Below, piece after piece: positions 21,030 through 29,697 of a stretch of 64,000 nucleotides of DNA. Both the position numbers and the translations under genes were made by a program. The notes below the pieces were generated by a model. The model was not told the DNA's origin, did no database searches, and saw only the letters and a program-made list of their open reading frames with translations. The stretch spans positions 1,888,001 to 1,952,000 of the forward strand of contig OY760686.1 of NCBI GenBank assembly GCA_963663865.1, written 5' to 3'. The stretch is from Spirochaetota bacterium (GTDB lineage Bacteria; Spirochaetota; UBA4802; UBA5550). Each line of letters opens with the position of its first letter. Position 1 is the stretch's first letter.

Positions 21030-22490
21030 ATGACAGAGCAAATAAACCCGAACCATGATGTTCCTGAAAACACAATCAAGGTTTCTATAAATGATGTCAG
21101 CGAGAATATTGATGATATACTGACACACAGACTTCCAGTATACAGACTTAATGAGCACTCGGAATATGTAATAATTCCCCTCGATAAGATTAAGCAGTTT
21201 ATTGGTGAAGCTGAAAAAGACCTTGAACTCTACATCGCATCAGACTGGCAGGAAAAGGTTGAAAAAAAGGAGATGGATTTATCCGTGTCCGGAGCAGAGA
21301 ATGCTGATAATGAGAATGTCTCACAGCCAAAGGACAAAGAAGAACAGAGCAACCTTGATGAATTCAGGAGAAGTATAGAAAAATACTCAAATATATCAGA
21401 ACAGGTAAATGTTTTTAAACAGATGTCTGTTGTAGAAAGAGAAGAGGTTCTTGATAAATGCATTGAAGATTTGCATGAGATCAACAACCAGAGTCACAGG
21501 CTTGATCTCAGGGTGATTGTAAAGCTGGTCGAGATTATTGCAAATACATTTTATGCCAACTATATCAACATGGAAGACAATCAATCAACGGTAAATGTAA
21601 AGAATTCGTCATTTGGCATTTTCACTAAAACGGAATGGATGCTTAAACTTCTGATAGAGTATTTCCAAAGCCCCTATGTCAAGTTTGAAGACTATAAGCA
21701 TATCAATTCAATCAAAACCGGTTCTTCTACAGTTGATTCAATGTGCAGGAGCCTGCTATGGTTTATAGGTTACTGTCTTTTTTTTAACCGCTACATTGAT
21801 TCCGGGCTGATAACAAAAAACATCAGAGGAGATTTTAAAACGAAGTATCTTAGATACTATAAAAGAAGGCTTCCAGATTTGAATGTCAGGCTTGAAACCG
21901 TTATAAAGGGAGGCATGCGTAGAATTGAAACCCAGAGGGAGCTGCTTCTGTATTCAATTGGCAGTCTGCTTTATGATATTGGTAAAATACCAAATGTTGA
22001 CTATCACGATGGTGATAAGGTTTTTGATGAAAACATGCTGAAGCTGCATACCCTTCTTGGTTACAATATGCTTTTGCGAACAAAAAAATACCCCTTTGAG
22101 GTTATAGCCATGGCTGCTTTTCATCATGAGTACTATGGTGGAAGAGGCAGCTATAACTTTACCAATCCGGTATTATCCAAGCTTTTAAAGCGTAAGAGAA
22201 CAGACGCGAATGTTTTCAACTTCATAACATATGAAGCAAGGGATTTCATAGAAGGATATGCGCTTGCGTATTTCCCCTGCAAGATGATTGAGATTATTGA
22301 TATCTATAACGCTCTTGTTGGTAAAAGAGAAATGAGTCACTTTGATGCGTTTTTTACCATGAAAAAGGAATTTGTCGCGCTGAGTCTTAAAATAGATCCG
22401 CTTCTTTTTGAAATTTTTACCGAATTTATTTGTCGATGCGGCCTCTTAACTGACAATGAAAGGCAAAAGGTCGATGCAATAATTTTTTAA
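21030..22490 (+). CDS. HD-GYP-like domain protein with non-canonical motifs
   Basis: LLYDIGK (HD->YD), HTLLGY, HHEYYGGRGSY and IIDIYNAL..KR; upstream TTGACA-N18-TATTAT. Confidence 0.75.
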   Translation: MTEQINPNHDVPENTIKVSINDVSENIDDILTHRLPVYRLNEHSEYVIIPLDKIKQFIGEAEKDLELYIASDWQEKVEKKEMDLSVSGAENADNENVSQPKDKEEQSNLDEFRRSIEKYSNISEQVNVFKQMSVVEREEVLDKCIEDLHEINNQSHRLDLRVIVKLVEIIANTFYANYINMEDNQSTVNVKNSSFGIFTKTEWMLKLLIEYFQSPYVKFEDYKHINSIKTGSSTVDSMCRSLLWFIGYCLFFNRYIDSGLITKNIRGDFKTKYLRYYKRRLPDLNVRLETVIKGGMRRIETQRELLLYSIGSLLYDIGKIPNVDYHDGDKVFDENMLKLHTLLGYNMLLRTKKYPFEVIAMAAFHHEYYGGRGSYNFTNPVLSKLLKRKRTDANVFNFITYEARDFIEGYALAYFPCKMIEIIDIYNALVGKREMSHFDAFFTMKKEFVALSLKIDPLLFEIFTEFICRCGLLTDNERQKVDAIIF

Positions 22491-22601
22491 TCCAAAATTC
22501 ATAAATAATGCCTGTTAAAAAGATTTTTATCTAAATGAACAGCTTATAACCTAATTTCCGAAAAGTATTGTTGCCATATTACAAATGCTTATAACAAAAA
22601 A

Positions 22602-22630
22602 TGAAACTCATCCTGCAATAGTGGGTCTAA
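22602..22630 (+). promoter_or_regulatory. putative ECF-sigma promoter
   Basis: TGAAAC-N16-GGTCTAA about 30 bp upstream of the tolC start. Confidence 0.5.
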
Positions 22631-22661
22631 ATATTAAAGCATATTGAGATTTGGGAGTAAT

Positions 22662-23939
22662 ATGAAAAAATACTTTATATTAATATTTTCTTTAGTTTTC
22701 TTTGTGTTTTTACATCCGGCATCTTCTGAAACAAAAAAAGTCTACACCTGGGATGAGATTGTTTCTCTTACACTTAAGTCTAATCCTGATTTAAAATCAG
22801 CAAGGGAAGACATTATTATCGCCAATGCATACTCTGGGGCTACGAGAGGAGATTTGTTGCCCTCGCTTAACGCAACTGTTTCTGCAGGAAGGACTTTTTG
22901 GAGTACGGAAGAAAACAAAGAAAACGCCTTTAGCTACACTCTTTCAGCAAAACAGCTTTTATTTGACGGGTTAAAATCGTATTACGACTATAAAAAATCA
23001 AAATCTGATATTGAAGCTGAAAAATATAACTATTTTGTTAAAGAATCAGACGTACTATATAATGTCAGAAGTTCTTATGTGAATTTCATCAAGGCCAGAA
23101 AATATCTGGGAATTGCTGAAACAATATATCAAAGAAGAAATGACAATCACAACCTTGTAAAAATGCGTTATGAAGCAGGGAGGGAAAACAGGGGATCCCT
23201 GCTCGCTTCTGATGCTGATTTAAGCGGGGCAAAGGCGGATGTTGATATAGCCAGGAGAGATCTTGCACTTGCGGGTAAGGCACTATTTTCTGCAATGGGA
23301 GTGCCGTATAATTACCCGGATTTTGAAGTAGACGGCAGTCTCGAAATAAAGGTAGACATCAATACAAAACCAGACTGTGACCAAATAGCCCGACAGAATC
23401 CCCTGCTCAGGCAGATGATTGCAGTAAAAAAATCATCGCTTTACAGCAAAGATGCAGCTAAATCCGCTTACTTCCCACAGATTTACGCTTTTCTTAATGG
23501 TGATGCCAATGGAGACAGTCCGAATGCGTCACAGAGATCAATAAGCGCAGGTGTGCAGGCCTCAATCTCGATATTTGAGGGAGGTTCAACCTACTATTCA
23601 TCGAAGGTGGCAGACTCAGAGTTCAGGCAGTCAACATATAATGAAGAAGCAACACGCTTTTCGGTTATCCAAACACTTGAGGAGTCATGGACAGATTTAC
23701 TCAACAAGCATGATGAGGTTAATGTTCGTGAAAAACAGCTCAAGGCAGCCGAGGAAAGATCGAAAATAGCCGAATCGCAGTATTCTATAGGATTGATCTC
23801 CTTCAATAACTGGACTATTATCGAAGAAGCTATGGTCAACGCGATGAACAGCTATCTAAACGCGAGGACTGAACTGTTGATTGCTGAAGCAAAGTGGGCA
23901 CAGGCAAAAGGAGAAATCGTCAGATATGAAAAAGAGTAA
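22662..23939 (+). CDS. TolC family outer-membrane efflux protein
   Basis: Signal peptide, two OEP repeats (NPDLK/NPLLR, LLFDG/IFEGG, RYEAG/QYSIG); ATG 22662 follows GGGAG. Confidence 0.92.
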   Translation: MKKYFILIFSLVFFVFLHPASSETKKVYTWDEIVSLTLKSNPDLKSAREDIIIANAYSGATRGDLLPSLNATVSAGRTFWSTEENKENAFSYTLSAKQLLFDGLKSYYDYKKSKSDIEAEKYNYFVKESDVLYNVRSSYVNFIKARKYLGIAETIYQRRNDNHNLVKMRYEAGRENRGSLLASDADLSGAKADVDIARRDLALAGKALFSAMGVPYNYPDFEVDGSLEIKVDINTKPDCDQIARQNPLLRQMIAVKKSSLYSKDAAKSAYFPQIYAFLNGDANGDSPNASQRSISAGVQASISIFEGGSTYYSSKVADSEFRQSTYNEEATRFSVIQTLEESWTDLLNKHDEVNVREKQLKAAEERSKIAESQYSIGLISFNNWTIIEEAMVNAMNSYLNARTELLIAEAKWAQAKGEIVRYEKE

Positions 23940-24903
23940 ACTTTTATTTATTTCTATTGCTGCGTCCGCAGCGATATTTGTTATTTACGTTTTATGGGAT
24001 GATGACGGACCGAAAGAGCCAGTATATCAGGAAATACAACTTCAATCAGCCGATATACGTAAAAGCGTTTCAACAACGGGCATAGTAAATCCACAGAACA
24101 GGCTTGAAATAAAGCCCTCCGTTGCCGGCAGAGTTGAAAGCATTCTCGTTAAAGAGGGGGACTACGTAAGAACCGGCAGAGTCCTTGCCATGATGAGCTC
24201 TGAGGAGCGTGCGGCGCTTATAGACTCCGCGAGAGCTAAGGGGGCTGAAGCAGTTGAGTATTGGAAAAAAATATACAAACCAATATCGCTTATTGCTCCT
24301 ATAAACGGCACCATTATTGTCAGGGATGTTGAACCCGGCCAGTCTGTTACTACATCTGATGCGATGTTTGTAATATCAGACAGGCTGATTGTTCAGGCCG
24401 ATGTCGATGAGACTGATATCGGCCTCGTAAAGAAGGGATTTAGAGCAAGTATTACTCTGGATGCTTATCCGGAAGTCGAAGCTTCAGGAAAAGTTGACCA
24501 CATATCTTACGAATCAACTACATCAAACAATGTTACTATTTACAAGGTCGACATTTTGCCTGACAGTGTGCCCTCGGTATTCAGGTCGGGTATGACAGCA
24601 AATATAGAGATATTTATGTTAGAGAAAAAGGATTGCCCTACTCTGCCGCTTGAAGCGGTCGGTAAAGACGGAGGGCGCAGTTACGTGCTTGTGAAAACAA
24701 AACAAATAAATAATCCCCAAAAAAAATATATTGAAACTGGAGTCTCAGATTTGACGAGGGTTGAAATTGTAAGCGGCTTAAGCGAAAGTGATATTGTACT
24801 TATGCAAAACACGAACCAGTATCTTCTCGATATGCCAGGTGATAATGATAAAACCAATCCATTTATGCCGCAGAGAAAAAAACAAAAAAAAGAAGTTAAG
24901 TAA
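23926..24903 (+). CDS. macA: MacA-like periplasmic adaptor (membrane fusion protein)
   Basis: N-terminal TM, lipoyl halves (GRVESILVKEGDYV, IAPINGTI), VDETDIG and RSGMTA. Confidence 0.88.
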   Translation: MKKSKLLFISIAASAAIFVIYVLWDDDGPKEPVYQEIQLQSADIRKSVSTTGIVNPQNRLEIKPSVAGRVESILVKEGDYVRTGRVLAMMSSEERAALIDSARAKGAEAVEYWKKIYKPISLIAPINGTIIVRDVEPGQSVTTSDAMFVISDRLIVQADVDETDIGLVKKGFRASITLDAYPEVEASGKVDHISYESTTSNNVTIYKVDILPDSVPSVFRSGMTANIEIFMLEKKDCPTLPLEAVGKDGGRSYVLVKTKQINNPQKKYIETGVSDLTRVEIVSGLSESDIVLMQNTNQYLLDMPGDNDKTNPFMPQRKKQKKEVK

Positions 24904-24909
24904 AACACG

Positions 24910-26865
24910 ATGATCGAATTAAAAAACATAACCCGAACATATATTACCGGTAAAAGCGAGGTTAACGCCCTCAGGGGAGTTTCGCTCAATATTAATATGG
25001 GCGAATTCGTAGCCATTATGGGGCATTCCGGTTCGGGGAAATCAACACTTCTGAGTATACTCGGTTTTCTGGATAAGCCAGATAGCGGATCATATTCTAT
25101 TATGGGGAGAGAAACCAGCGGTCTTACCGATGATGAACTTTCTGTATTAAGAAATAATATCTGCGGATTTGTTTTCCAGCAGTTTCATCTAATGCCCAGA
25201 ATGACCGTTCGCGATAATGTCAGCCTTCCCCTTATATATTCTGGCTTGAATGAAAAAATGACATTTGTGGATGAGCATATACGCTCTGTCGGACTTGCAC
25301 ATAGAATTGATCACATGGCCAACGAGCTTTCAGGTGGTGAACAGCAGAGGGTTGCAATAGCACGTTCAATGTCAAATGACCCGCTGATACTGTTTGCTGA
25401 TGAGCCAACCGGAAATCTCGATTCAAAAACTGAAAAGGATATTCTCGCTATTTTGACTTCACTCCATGAGCAGGGAAAAACCATAATTATGGTTACCCAT
25501 GAAGAAGAGATAGCTCACTACGCTGAAAGGGTCATATACATGAAGGACGGTGAAATTATCTCTGACGGACCATCCTCCAAAAGAAAAAAACCAACAAATG
25601 GATATGTCCGGGATAAACACGTTCCCCTTTTTGAAACAAACAGGTCAGCGATGACACTCGGGGCTTTAAAAGACTCCATAGTCCAGGCTCTGACTTCAAT
25701 AACGACACACAAGATGCGGTCCTTCCTTTCCATGGTTGGAATTCTGTTTGGTGTTGCCTCCGTTATAGCCATGTTAGCTATTGGCGAAGGAGCAAAGGAA
25801 GCTGTTGCAGAAGACCTGAAGTCTATGGGCTCAAATATGCTTTCCGTTAGGCCCGGCGCCATGCACGCACGCGGTGTATCGCTTGAGGCCGGCACCGTTA
25901 CCCGATTCACACAACGTGATTCTGATATTATCGGCAGGCTGCCCGAAATTGAAAATGCCACACCCGGTGTTAATGGATCTGCACAGCTTGTCTACGGCAA
26001 TAAGAACTGGTCAAGCATGGTTATGGGTGTCAATGAAGAATATGAGCCAATCAATTCAGCAACTCCTATAGCCGGACGATTCTTCAATAAAGAAGAAAAT
26101 TCAGCGCGAAGAAAGGTCGCCTTGCTGGGAACCACGGTAACAAAAGAGCTTTTCGGAAAAGAGAATCCGATAGGCAAAATGATAAAAATTAACAAAATAA
26201 ACTTCCGGGTAATTGGCGTTTTGCCCAAGAAAGGCTCTTCTCCGTTTCGTGACAGAGATGACGTTGTCGTTGTTCCCATAAATACTGCTATGTACAGAGT
26301 ACTTGGAGTCAGATATGTTGATTACATTGATGTTAAGGTTAAATCGCCGGATTTAATTGACAGCGCTATTAAATCAATAAGTAGTCTTGTAAAAAAAGAA
26401 CACAGATTTTCTGATGATGACTCATTCCAAATTAGAGACATGACTGAGCTTCGCACCGCGCTTCAGGGCACTACCAGAACAATGGGGCTCCTTTTGGGGA
26501 TAGTAGCCGCGATTTCACTTATTGTCGGAGGGATTGGGATAATGAATATCATGCTTGTCACTGTAAAGGAAAGGACAAGAGAAATTGGTGTCCGGCGGGC
26601 AATAGGAGCTTTCAGGCGTGATATCATGAGTCAATTTCTTACAGAATCTGCGTTGCTCACTGTTTCCGGAGGCTTAGGCGGCATAATATTCGGTATTCTA
26701 ATTTCATACATACTATCTGCGGCAGCGGGCTGGGCTATAGAGATTACCCCTTTCTCTATCGCCCTCTCAACTTCTTTCTCAGTTTTTATCGGAATAGTCT
26801 TCGGATTCTGGCCGGCATATCAGGCATCCATGCTGAAACCGGTTGAAGCTTTACGACAGGATTGA
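24910..26865 (+). CDS. macB: MacB-like ABC transporter, fused ATPase-permease
   Basis: GHSGSGKST, LSGGEQQR, ADEPTGNLD, and FtsX-type GGIGIMNIMLVTVKERTREIG. Confidence 0.93.
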   Translation: MIELKNITRTYITGKSEVNALRGVSLNINMGEFVAIMGHSGSGKSTLLSILGFLDKPDSGSYSIMGRETSGLTDDELSVLRNNICGFVFQQFHLMPRMTVRDNVSLPLIYSGLNEKMTFVDEHIRSVGLAHRIDHMANELSGGEQQRVAIARSMSNDPLILFADEPTGNLDSKTEKDILAILTSLHEQGKTIIMVTHEEEIAHYAERVIYMKDGEIISDGPSSKRKKPTNGYVRDKHVPLFETNRSAMTLGALKDSIVQALTSITTHKMRSFLSMVGILFGVASVIAMLAIGEGAKEAVAEDLKSMGSNMLSVRPGAMHARGVSLEAGTVTRFTQRDSDIIGRLPEIENATPGVNGSAQLVYGNKNWSSMVMGVNEEYEPINSATPIAGRFFNKEENSARRKVALLGTTVTKELFGKENPIGKMIKINKINFRVIGVLPKKGSSPFRDRDDVVVVPINTAMYRVLGVRYVDYIDVKVKSPDLIDSAIKSISSLVKKEHRFSDDDSFQIRDMTELRTALQGTTRTMGLLLGIVAAISLIVGGIGIMNIMLVTVKERTREIGVRRAIGAFRRDIMSQFLTESALLTVSGGLGGIIFGILISYILSAAAGWAIEITPFSIALSTSFSVFIGIVFGFWPAYQASMLKPVEALRQD

Positions 26866-27005
26866 GTTGATTAAGAGGGTTTTATCCCCGGGAATAAATT
26901 GAAAATCATGATTTATTTATTGAATTCTTCCGAGAATACTATATAGTCACGTCCTATTGGTTTCTTCAAGGCGGATTATACAGCATTTCTTTACGGGAGG
27001 AAGCA

Positions 27006-27161
27006 ATGAAGTATTCCGGCAGGTCTGTAGCTAAATACTGCAGATACGTTCAACAGGCGGTCAATCTTGGAGTAAACCTTGAAGATATATTCGATGAAAC
27101 CCTCAAATATCACGGATCTGAGTTCGCACTTGTTATGATGCATAAAATACGAAACGGATGA
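27006..27161 (+). CDS. small hypothetical protein (51 aa), not in the ORF track
   Basis: MKYSGRSVAKYCRYVQQAVNLGVNLEDIFDETLKYHGSEFALVMMHKIRNG. GGGAGG RBS 5 nt upstream; TTGAAT-N16-TATAGT at 26920-26947. Confidence 0.65.
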   Translation: MKYSGRSVAKYCRYVQQAVNLGVNLEDIFDETLKYHGSEFALVMMHKIRNG

Positions 27162-27170
27162 CTTCTGCCT

Positions 27171-27542
27171 ATGGCCGAAAAAACCAGACTGCTTTCTGTT
27201 CGGAAAAACCGGAGAAAAGGGAAAGATACACTGACAAAGCTGGTTGCATTTATTTCAGTTTTGTGCTGGGTTTTGATGGCAGCAGTAATGACACTGTTTG
27301 CTGTTTCACGCCCCAGAGTTGAACAGTCCTACTCTGCCTCGGAAGCGTTGTCTGGGTTTATATGGGACGGCTCATTGTTATCATATTCGTATTTTCTTCT
27401 GATCGCTGAGACCGGCCTGTGTATTATCGGCATTGTACTTAATTCATTCAGGATAAAAAGAAAAACTGACAGGTACAACACTTCACTGTTTTTTCTTTTG
27501 TTGATATCGCTGCTTGTGGTTTTTGTATCGTTCTTGATGTAA
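27171..27542 (+). CDS. hypothetical membrane protein (3 TM, basic NRRKG.D and R.KRK.D motifs)
   Basis: 123-aa ORF; hydrophobic segments flanked by basic motifs. Confidence 0.75.
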   Translation: MAEKTRLLSVRKNRRKGKDTLTKLVAFISVLCWVLMAAVMTLFAVSRPRVEQSYSASEALSGFIWDGSLLSYSYFLLIAETGLCIIGIVLNSFRIKRKTDRYNTSLFFLLLISLLVVFVSFLM

Positions 27543-27545
27543 AAA

Positions 27546-27905
27546 TCATGTAGAGCTTATATAGCTCAAGGCCTTCTCTTCGCTGTCAAAAATATCGAAT
27601 GCTCTTATTATTCCAAGCGTTTTCAGAAGGCTCTCAGCCTGGTTGTTGGCCTTGCACAAGAGCATTTTTTTACCTTTCGTTTTCAAGCTGTCTTTAAGTG
27701 TTACGAATGTATGTACTGTTGTGCTTGTTATAAAGTCAATATTTCGTAAATCCATTATCAGATATTCGAATTTATTCGCGTTGATGAGTTCCTGAAGCCT
27801 GTTTTCAACCTCGCATAGCGTGTTAGGATCCATTCTGCCGGATAGCCTTACCAGAGGTACACCTGAAACCCACTCGACATTGATGTAATCGCTATTCACG
27901 TTCAC
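27546..27905 (-). CDS. STAS domain anti-sigma factor antagonist
   Basis: V.LSGRMD, MDLRNIDFITS and a SpoIIAA-like C-terminus (F.IF.SEEKAL). Confidence 0.85.
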   Translation of the reverse strand: MNVNSDYINVEWVSGVPLVRLSGRMDPNTLCEVENRLQELINANKFEYLIMDLRNIDFITSTTVHTFVTLKDSLKTKGKKMLLCKANNQAESLLKTLGIIRAFDIFDSEEKALSYISST

Positions 27906-28254
27906 AGTTTTCCTCCGGGCTGGAGCATAAGTTCCTTATCGCCTCATCTTTGCAGTTGTAAACATTTACCATGCTGTCAAGATCTACAAATTCAAGCATT
28001 TTTCTGACTCCAGGACTTATGTTGCAGATAGAGATGTTCTTTTTGTTTTCAAGGAGCCGAATGTGAAGAGATATAAGCATTCTTACCGCAGAACTGTGCA
28101 GATATTCAACATTTGATAAATCAAATAGGATATCGCATTCCGGGTCGTCGTTAACATAGGACGCGATCTCCTTTTCAAGATTAGCTGTTTGCGAGATATC
28201 CATTCGTCCGCTGGGGAAAACAACCAGCACGTGATCGTCTTTTCTGACCTGCAT
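27892..28254 (-). CDS. STAS domain anti-sigma factor antagonist
   Basis: PSGRMD, FDLSNVEYLHSSAVRML and ICNISPGVRKML motifs. Confidence 0.87.
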   Translation of the reverse strand: MQVRKDDHVLVVFPSGRMDISQTANLEKEIASYVNDDPECDILFDLSNVEYLHSSAVRMLISLHIRLLENKKNISICNISPGVRKMLEFVDLDSMVNVYNCKDEAIRNLCSSPEENCERE

Positions 28255-28385
28255 AACTGCTCCTGTCTGTATTTTTGCGGCAATCGGGGTAGAAAATAAA
28301 CCCTCTGACTCTAAAATATACGGATGCCTGTGGTCGAGTTCAAAAAAATTATTCTTTTTTTGAAAAAAATATAGATATTTAGGGA

Positions 28386-29408
28386 TTAATTAAACTTAAT
28401 ATGTACGTTTGGACGGAAAATAAGTGTCCACTCACGCTCAATTCTTCTTTTAAGCTCACCAGAATAGCTGTTCTGAAACAGTTTAACGACGCCAGTGGCA
28501 AATGAGAATGTAACATTTCCCTTTCCAACGGGAAAATTCTTCCCGAAAAGAAACGATACTCTTGAGAGTCTGGCCCGGTGAACTTCGTCAACTTTGAAAT
28601 CGGCCCTGAACTCCTGTTCGCTGTCGTAAACAAAAAAGCCAAGCAGAGGGTTAATGTCGTGTTTGACGAAGTCAATCCTGTTCCGCTTTACTGAAACATA
28701 GCACACATCGCTAATTTCACTGTTATCATGGAATTTAACCCCTAACGAATAACTCCAGCTTAAATTGTGCGCTTCCCGCAAGTCTGACCCCTTAAGCTTG
28801 ATTTCTGATTCCCACCAGTTATCTCTAACCATTATATTGTCGACGATGTGGTAGCCTCCATAGCTGAACAGCCATCCGCTGTATCCCTTGCCTACTACCT
28901 CTTTGCCGTCCGATGAAGTAAAGTCAGCGACATTGCCCAGGAAAAATGACGCAGCCCATGGCTCCGGAAAGCCTTCAGTAACAGCTCTAACAATGTTGAG
29001 GCTGTGAGAGAGTTCGGCATTCTGATAAAAATTGTCGTAGTTCTCCTTTATGTAAACCCCTGCAACGGGCAAAGGGTAAATGCTGCCCTCGACAAGAATA
29101 TAACGTGGAAGATAGAGGTTTTTTAGCATATGACTATAGTACATCCATTCATTTGTCAGGATGGTTTTGGGTATGGGTTTATCGGTTAATGAAAGAGTGT
29201 AGTCAACACAGCTGTAGTACGGATCAAGTTCAAAGCTGATCTGATGGTATCCAGCTTTGTCGAGCTGGAATGGAAAGAGAACAGCACGGGCATCATCTGT
29301 CAAAAGCGCGAGGTTGACGGTTGCGAGAAGCAGGAGTTTCACTCTTCCGGTTCTAAAGCATTTCCCAACTGAATAACTCCGTTTTTTCAATGGATATCTG
29401 AGCCTCAC
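28386..29408 (-). CDS. hypothetical exported, probably outer-membrane protein
   Basis: Aromatic/beta-rich 340-aa ORF. A probable GTG start near 29342 gives a signal peptide; ends RPNVHIKFN. Confidence 0.65.
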   Translation of the reverse strand: MRLRYPLKKRSYSVGKCFRTGRVKLLLLATVNLALLTDDARAVLFPFQLDKAGYHQISFELDPYYSCVDYTLSLTDKPIPKTILTNEWMYYSHMLKNLYLPRYILVEGSIYPLPVAGVYIKENYDNFYQNAELSHSLNIVRAVTEGFPEPWAASFFLGNVADFTSSDGKEVVGKGYSGWLFSYGGYHIVDNIMVRDNWWESEIKLKGSDLREAHNLSWSYSLGVKFHDNSEISDVCYVSVKRNRIDFVKHDINPLLGFFVYDSEQEFRADFKVDEVHRARLSRVSFLFGKNFPVGKGNVTFSFATGVVKLFQNSYSGELKRRIEREWTLIFRPNVHIKFN

Positions 29409-29697
29409 GCTTTTTTCTTGATGATAAATTATGGACTAATCTGCAATAATGTATAATAATACAGAAGTTTGAAAATCCAGCACAATAATTCGAAAGTCAG
29501 TCTTTTTAGTTGTCAAAAATTTTCATTCAAATAAGCAGAAAAAAGCTTAATTCTCTGGTTTATTACAGCAGTATTATTTATTATTCAAAAATGAGTCTTT
29601 TTTATTATTGAGCTTGAACTATTCATGTACAGTTTAATAATTTGTATTATAAGAAGTTTGTTTAATACAAAACTATTATTATTCAAGAAGGACGGTC

